Origin: Tubiluchus corallicola
Taxonomy: Eukaryota; Animalia; Priapulida
DNA length: 64,000 bases
Direction: 5' to 3'
Assembly (NCBI GenBank): GCA_030141605.1
Contig: JAQGDQ010000036.1
Location: 868,001-932,000 of the forward strand
Position numbers and translations under genes: made by a program. The first letter of the stretch is position 1; each line of letters begins with the position of its first letter. Shown here piece by piece: positions 61,001-64,000 of this stretch. Below the pieces are notes generated by a model. The model made no database searches. It saw only the letters and a list, made by a program, of their open reading frames with translations, and had not been told where the DNA came from.

Positions 61001-63521
61001 CTTGTATAGCCACACATTTTGCAGAAGAGGTCGTTGCAGAAGATCACACGGTAGTCTGGCACACATGCATTGGCAATTACGAATTTGCGATCTGTAAATT
61101 TCAACAAGACAGAATTAATTTACGAGTCAGTGGTAATTTCTAAACAGATGCGAAGCAGCTATAACTGCTGGCAGTTTTTATGACGCGCGCTGAATTCGTA
61201 AATTACCATTAAATGAAATTGTTTTCAAGCTCGTTGACAAGCGGCAATCAGTTTTAATGTCTCTAACGTATTTTCGAGGAAGCCGTCAAATTCAATCACT
61301 GCTGGTGGCCGAAAAACATATGCACGGAAGCACAGTGCGAAATTTTATAATTTCATATCGTGTTGTACTCAGCGTACAGCGTACTAGTATAGTATACTAG
61401 TGGGGTATTAGCTAGCTAGCTATATTAGCTACGTAGCTAGCTAGCGGGGTATTACGAGGCGTTCAGACTAGCGAGTTTTTTCTCTGACAACAAACTCCTA
61501 CATTTGCTGGGATGAGTTGATTTACTGCGAGACGCGATTAACATGACGAGTTTCATGCAGTGAATAAAGTCAGCTTACGCTTACTGCCGAAGAGTAACTT
61601 TGCTTTCCACTTGCGAGTTATTTGGCGAGAAAATTCGCTAGTCTGAACGCACAATTTTTTTCACAATAATTTGCCAAAATTAGATGAGCGTTTTGCTAGA
61701 AGTTATAGTGAGAATGGCGTAACTGTGAGTCACGAGTAGATAATGGAGGATTTGGTGTTTCACTGTATTGAAACCACTTTACTTCTGAGTGAGCTTAAAC
61801 TGGTCAACTGCTAATATACTAACAAACTAGAAACTGTTCTCGTAAAATATATGGTTGTTGCAAAATTAAAAAGAATATAGAAAGATCTGCCATGAAAACG
61901 ATCATAAAAACGCACAAAACGTTTCTACACATCCATTCTGGGTGATGTGGCTTTGGTTGTTATTGTACGTTTATGCGCAAGTTTTTTTCGGGGTCTAGCT
62001 AGTGCATTATAAACAGGTTATCGACGCGAATCTAAGCATACAATGATACGTTTAACAATCGGCCAATACCATAATTTAAGTACTGTAGTTATGGATTCCT
62101 TCCTGGGAACTTTGTTCGAATGTTAAATCAAAAAACAAATGTGAAAACGAAAAAATTTATCCCAACTATGACTATAGTTTAGTAATTTATAAATTACATT
62201 AACAAAATTACTGATTTTATTTTTGTTTCCATTATTCTAGCTCTCCAGGGCTGCTGGTAACATGCAGCAAAGAATTAGAAGTTTGTTAATATCAATGATT
62301 TACTTGTAACCTACTAAAGCCATGACTGGCAAGTTATCGTTGCCATATCCATTATCGTTTGGATATACCATAGTATAATAAGTGATTATCTTAAGGACTT
62401 TCCTCCCTTTCCATCAACCCAATATATTTTATGTGATGGTCACCTGGTGTCTGCAAGTACATATTTTCTCAGTATAAATTTTAATAATAACTTACTTATC
62501 CCAAGTATAATGGCCTGGGCCAATTCCTGTATCAGTACCTCATCTAAAAAGCCCAGTTCATGCTGAAGCCTTCATGGTGTTTTCTTAAATAACCTCACAG
62601 ATTAAAACTATTATGACATCAGACCTGCAATACAGATGTGCACATTGCTATCTTGCGATTATAATGTTCTCCCTTCAAGTGTGTATTTTAATCTTAACGA
62701 AAAATTCAATAATCTCACTAGCCCTGCCCAGCCCAGACAAAAGCACCTCTCTTTTAACGAGTAATGATATAAGGAGAACAGAAAATTGTTTGTGACATGA
62801 CTGGCAACAGCTTATAAATTAAACATAATTGCAGCTCATGTCTTTCGAGCCTCGCTGTTACAGCAGCCTACAGGTAGGTTGAAAGCAATCAATGTTACCT
62901 ACAGCACTACACCATGATCAACGCTCTTATTGCATACAGCTACAGATTAAGCTTTAAATACGAAAGAGGACAAGCTTGATGACATAATTGCAATCGATAA
63001 TCGTTAAAGCGGCTTTTTGTTTTTGTTTTATAGTATTTTTGAGTTTTTCCTATCGTATGGATGATGATGCCACGGGGCTAACTAGCAGATTAACAAAGAT
63101 ATGGTGAAGGCTATTGTGGCTAGATAATTTCTGATCTAAAAATAATGGCCCAGATAACAAAATCCCTACAAACTAAAACTGATGCAGTTATTATTTCAAG
63201 ATTCATCCCCTATATCCTTCAATACAAATTTAAGGATACATTAGCGTTAGCGCCTTCTGAGGAGGGTACAACAGAAATTTTTGGATAAGGAAGAACGCAA
63301 CTAGTAATTCTATTAAAAGCATGGTAAGTAAAATGACCAAATAGTTTTTACAAATTCCAAAAATAAAAAACAATTTTATTAGTAACTTTTATAAACATAA
63401 ATGCTTAATTATATTAGTTTACAGATGTCATGTAAAGCTTACTTTGTCCTTCGAATCTTTTGATAATTGTTTCAATAAAGGTGTTACGAGGTGCTACATG
63501 CCCTCTCCGTATACCTGGCAT
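12158..63521 (-). CDS. erg: ERG-subfamily voltage-gated potassium channel (KCNH2/6/7 ortholog), complete 19-exon spliced CDS, about 1158 aa
   Basis: PAS-cap [18 protein letters not shown] domain, [12 protein letters not shown]1, [29 protein letters not shown]4-S5, [14 protein letters not shown] pore, C-linker/CNBHD and coiled coil [29 protein letters not shown]. Exon lengths sum to 3477 nt (1159 codons including stop) with all phases consistent. Confidence 0.95.
12522..12624 (-). CDS. erg: erg exon 18, tetramerizing coiled coil
   Basis: [23 protein letters not shown] resembles hERG [23 protein letters not shown]; acceptor tttttcag, donor CAA|GTAAGT. Confidence 0.87.
13861..14065 (-). CDS. 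erg: erg exon 17 (start of coiled coil)
   Basis: Acceptor aatttcag, [10 protein letters not shown]...[12 protein letters not shown], donor CG|GTAAGA; phase 1 to 2. Confidence 0.82.
14458..14920 (-). mobile_element. degenerate CR1-clade LINE ORF2 3' fragment
   Basis: Frameshifted peptides [19 protein letters not shown] and [26 protein letters not shown] match the CR1-type post-RT C-terminal motifs (LY..LVRP.LEY....WSP; RVV..WN.LP). Confidence 0.8.
15560..15880. mobile_element. Penelope-like inverted-repeat relic with hammerhead-like cores
   Basis: Imperfect inverted arms of about 130 bp (15565-15696 vs 15747-15878), each reading outward as TTGATAA-stem-GAAA. Confidence 0.55.
16827..17175. 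mobile_element. MITE (PIF/Harbinger-like or TTAA-type)
   Basis: TIRs gccaagcttaggtcgacctgcgatgcgaca / tgttgcatcgctaggtcgacctatgcctgacc, both flanked by TTAA. Confidence 0.65.
18194..18271 (-). CDS. erg: erg exon 16 (78 bp, phase 1/1)
   Basis: Acceptor gtgtttcag, [26 protein letters not shown], donor CAG|GTAATG. Confidence 0.7.
18703..19738. mobile_element. non-autonomous hAT element
   Basis: Termini CAGAGGTGTGCAAATT ... AGTTAACACACCCCTG; 8-bp TSD ttcaagag/gtcaagag (7/8 match). The right end is an inverted homologue of 10922-11000. Confidence 0.7.
19949..20040 (-). CDS. erg: erg exon 15
   Basis: Acceptor ttctttag, [30 protein letters not shown], donor G|GTGTGT; phase 2 to 1. Confidence 0.72.
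20524..20686 (-). CDS. erg: erg exon 14 (distal C-terminus)
   Basis: Acceptor gtttctag, open frame [12 protein letters not shown]...[10 protein letters not shown], donor AA|GTGAGT; phase 1 to 2. Confidence 0.75.
20873..21020 (-). CDS. erg: erg exon 13 (distal C-terminus)
   Basis: Acceptor ttcatgcag, open frame [14 protein letters not shown]...PKQKQS, donor G|GTTTGC; phase 0 to 1. Confidence 0.75.
21832..22025 (-). CDS. erg: erg exon 12, CNBHD
   Basis: [10 protein letters not shown]...[43 protein letters not shown]; 194 bp, donor GAT|GTAAGT. Confidence 0.95.
22818..23070 (-). CDS. erg: erg exon 11, C-linker/CNBHD
   Basis: [19 protein letters not shown]...[18 protein letters not shown]; 253 bp, donor TAG|GTATAA. 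Confidence 0.96.
23543..23742 (-). CDS. erg: erg exon 10, S6 and C-linker
   Basis: [26 protein letters not shown]...TNGIDMNM; 200 bp, GT-AG flanks. Confidence 0.96.
25493..25898 (-). CDS. erg: erg exon 9, S4-S5-pore-S6 start
   Basis: [26 protein letters not shown]...[18 protein letters not shown]; acceptor ttaacag, donor T|GTAAGT. Confidence 0.96.
26473..26928 (-). CDS. erg: erg exon 8, S1-S3
   Basis: [13 protein letters not shown]...[11 protein letters not shown]...[17 protein letters not shown]; acceptor ttgttccag, donor GAG|GTATGT. Confidence 0.95.
28317..28749. mobile_element. Kolobok-type TTAA-flanked non-autonomous unit, copy 1
   Basis: TTAA-AGGACAAGAAAA ... TTTTCATGTGCT-TTAA (RR..YY termini with TTAA TSD); homologous to 32890-33560 in inverted orientation. 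Confidence 0.7.
29776..29953. mobile_element. PIF/Harbinger-type MITE
   Basis: TIRs tggcccgtttatacgtaa / ttatgtataaagggacca, TTA on both sides, internal gcggtttcccgc repeats. Confidence 0.65.
32890..33560. mobile_element. Kolobok-type TTAA-flanked non-autonomous unit, copy 2 (inverted, about 230 bp longer)
   Basis: TTAA-AGCACAAGAAAA ... TTTTCTTGTCCT-TTAA; colinear reverse-complement similarity to 28317-28749. Confidence 0.7.
36548..36647. repeat. short tandem repeat (about 41-bp unit)
   Basis: tgtaagtgataactgtaaaa occurs three times. Confidence 0.8.
39004..39556. mobile_element. Penelope-like inverted-repeat relic interrupted by a solo LTR
   Basis: Arms 39004-39108 and 39455-39556 are imperfect reverse complements; the left arm on the minus strand carries CTGAAGG-stem-GAAAC. 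Confidence 0.55.
39114..39449 (-). mobile_element. solo LTR of an LTR retrotransposon (336 bp)
   Basis: Termini TGTTGTG...CACAACA, perfect 5-bp TSD GTATT (39109-39113, 39450-39454); TATTTAA and AATAAA in the expected order on the minus strand. Confidence 0.8.
40803..41118. mobile_element. Harbinger-like MITE (GCGTTCAGACT family)
   Basis: Degenerate TIRs gcgttaagatcagcga / cgccagtctgaacgt; inverted homologue of 61456-61652. Confidence 0.6.
41961..42930 (+). mobile_element. internally deleted pogo/Fot1-like DNA transposon
   Basis: Perfect 25-bp TIRs CCGTAAAACGGGGTGAGTTCGCCAC, TA TSD, subterminal copies of the TIR motif, transposase remnant inside. Confidence 0.9.
42180..42656 (+). pseudogene. 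pogo-type transposase N-terminus (HTH_psq plus CENP-B-type HTH), disrupted, DDE domain missing
   Basis: MPRTY...[16 protein letters not shown]...[19 protein letters not shown]...[14 protein letters not shown] / [19 protein letters not shown] / [15 protein letters not shown], with one stop and two frameshifts. Confidence 0.85.
43197..43253. repeat. (GAT)n/(AAT)n microsatellite
   Basis: Direct inspection. Confidence 0.85.
46142..46659 (-). mobile_element. 5S-rRNA-derived SINE (SINE3 type) with RTE-like body and 3' tail
   Basis: 5S head at 46550-46659 without an oligo-T terminator, GC-rich body, 3' end CCATTGTCTTCCGAGACAGAAGGATGCCAACAACAG, flanking 9-bp direct repeat CGATGCCAA (46133-46141, 46660-46668). 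Confidence 0.75.
46550..46659 (-). rRNA. 5S rRNA-like sequence (5'-truncated; SINE head or pseudogene, probably not a functional rRNA gene)
   Basis: Reverse complement CATATCACGTTGAAAACCTGGTTCTTGTCTGATCACCGAACCTAAGCAACGTAGAGCCTGGTTAGTACTTGGATGGGTGACCGCCTAGGAATACCAGGTGCTGTAGGCTT matches invertebrate 5S rRNA, including the box C region. Confidence 0.85.
49601..49699 (-). CDS. erg: erg exon 7 (CSAVEDF...[11 protein letters not shown])
   Basis: 99-bp phase 0/0 exon, acceptor tttcaattcag, donor AAA|GTAAGT; ends like hERG THNVTEKVTQ. Confidence 0.85.
50149..50297 (-). CDS. erg: erg exon 6 (includes [10 protein letters not shown] motif)
   Basis: Tandem AAG/CAG acceptor (start 50300 or 50297), [10 protein letters not shown] resembles hERG STSDSDLVRY, donor CGG|GTGAGT; phase 1 to 0. 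Confidence 0.8.
50786..50810. repeat. (TA)n microsatellite
   Basis: Direct inspection. Confidence 0.9.
51945..52020 (-). mobile_element. degenerate tRNA-derived SINE head
   Basis: Minus strand has an A-box-like GGTAGTCTAGCTG and a B-box GTTCAAATCC followed by a T tract; no intact cloverleaf. Confidence 0.45.
52687..52884. repeat. perfect 92-bp direct duplication (period 106)
   Basis: 52687-52778 is identical to 52793-52884. Confidence 0.9.
52967..53118 (-). CDS. erg: erg exon 5 (Ser-rich linker)
   Basis: Acceptor aatttag, donor T|GTAAGT, open frame [26 protein letters not shown]..., phase 2 to 1. Confidence 0.75.
54487..54583 (-). CDS. erg: erg exon 4 (proximal N-terminal linker)
   Basis: Acceptor tgcatag, donor AG|GTATAA, open frame, phase 1 to 2. 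Confidence 0.75.
54732..54869 (-). CDS. erg: erg exon 3, PAC part ([30 protein letters not shown]...)
   Basis: Acceptor ttttttcag, conserved PVKNE.G.V..FI.NFE motif, donor G|GTTAGT. Confidence 0.9.
55795..57860. mobile_element. foldback-like element with inverted arrays of short (about 15-16 bp) repeats and nested insertions
   Basis: Degenerate TTTGGACACA units at 55800-56030 face TGTGTCCAAA units at 57125-57160 and 57688-57860. Confidence 0.45.
56137..56350. repeat. about 117-bp tandem duplication with hairpin (Helentron/HINE-like junction)
   Basis: Two copies of acagatagaytaaccacacc...tatagttgccc...gcaactataacaaaacctgacag...gagta. Confidence 0.6.
57918..58030. repeat. (CT)n/(CCCT)n microsatellite
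   Basis: Direct inspection. Confidence 0.95.
60861..61091 (-). CDS. erg: erg exon 2, PAS domain
   Basis: RKFVIANA...[32 protein letters not shown]...YRKDG; acceptor tttacag, donor G|GTACTA; 231 bp. Confidence 0.93.
61456..61652. mobile_element. Harbinger-like MITE (GCGTTCAGACT family)
   Basis: Perfect TIR core GCGTTCAGACTAGCGA / TCGCTAGTCTGAACGC. Confidence 0.7.
63443..63521 (-). CDS. erg: erg exon 1 ([26 protein letters not shown]), PAS-cap
   Basis: gccATG start, matches the EAG-family N-terminus MPVRRGHVAPQNTF, donor A|GTAAGC (phase 1). Too short for the supplied ORF track. Confidence 0.93.
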
Positions 63522-64000
63522 GGCTGAAGTGCACTCTGTGTATTATTCTTGACGTGCTGTTGCATAAGTTTTGTGGCATTGCCCCTATAACAGGAATGAA
63601 ATTTAGTCATAAATAAGCGAAAATTATTCATTTATTCATCTTTTTTTAATCAGTAATATGCATAGTCACCCAATCCTATTAACAGAAAACAATGGGCCAT
63701 AATAGATCAAGAAACATTCGTCTGAATTACCGAAATGAAGCCTGATTAGAACAACTATCTAAACTTACATAACAATGAATATTGCCACCCGTATTTTGCA
63801 CTTAAATTAACCTACGTGTTTGATCGAAAAACCAGAAAAAAGTAGTACTACTTTTCAAGTCTTTGGTAGAATTCGGTCCTGGAAATGGACCCACAACCAC
63901 TCATGGAAATCAAGCACGCTACGCAGAGCTGTTACTGCAATTATGGAAATTGTGCATATCGATCCAGATTCACAGCCATACACCAGCATAACTTATATAC

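Overview
AT-rich, intron-rich metazoan (most likely protostome invertebrate) genomic DNA, not prokaryotic. It holds two convergent genes whose exons I reconstructed by hand from GT-AG boundaries and reading-frame phase. (1) On the + strand is the 3' part of a Schnurri/HIVEP (ZAS-family) zinc-finger gene: 5 exons, 21..6985, about 1735 aa visible, 5' end outside the window. (2) On the - strand is an apparently complete ERG-type (KCNH2/6/7 ortholog) voltage-gated K+ channel gene: 19 phase-compatible exons, 63521..12158, about 1158 aa, with PAS-cap/PAS, S1-S6 with GFG filter, CNBHD, coiled coil and a terminal ISEV* motif. The introns, especially the 22.7-kb intron 7, contain many mobile elements: a 5S-rRNA-headed SINE with RTE-like body and tail and a 9-bp TSD, a deleted pogo-type transposon, an inverted pair of TTAA-flanked Kolobok-type units, hAT and Harbinger MITEs, a CR1-like LINE fragment, a solo LTR, and two Penelope-type palindromes carrying hammerhead-ribozyme-like cores. 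I found no clearly new multi-gene system. The best novelty candidates are the 5S/RTE SINE, the hammerhead palindromes, the inverted Kolobok pair and possible ERG isoform or regulatory signals. Family assignments come from motif recognition and memory, not from database searches.
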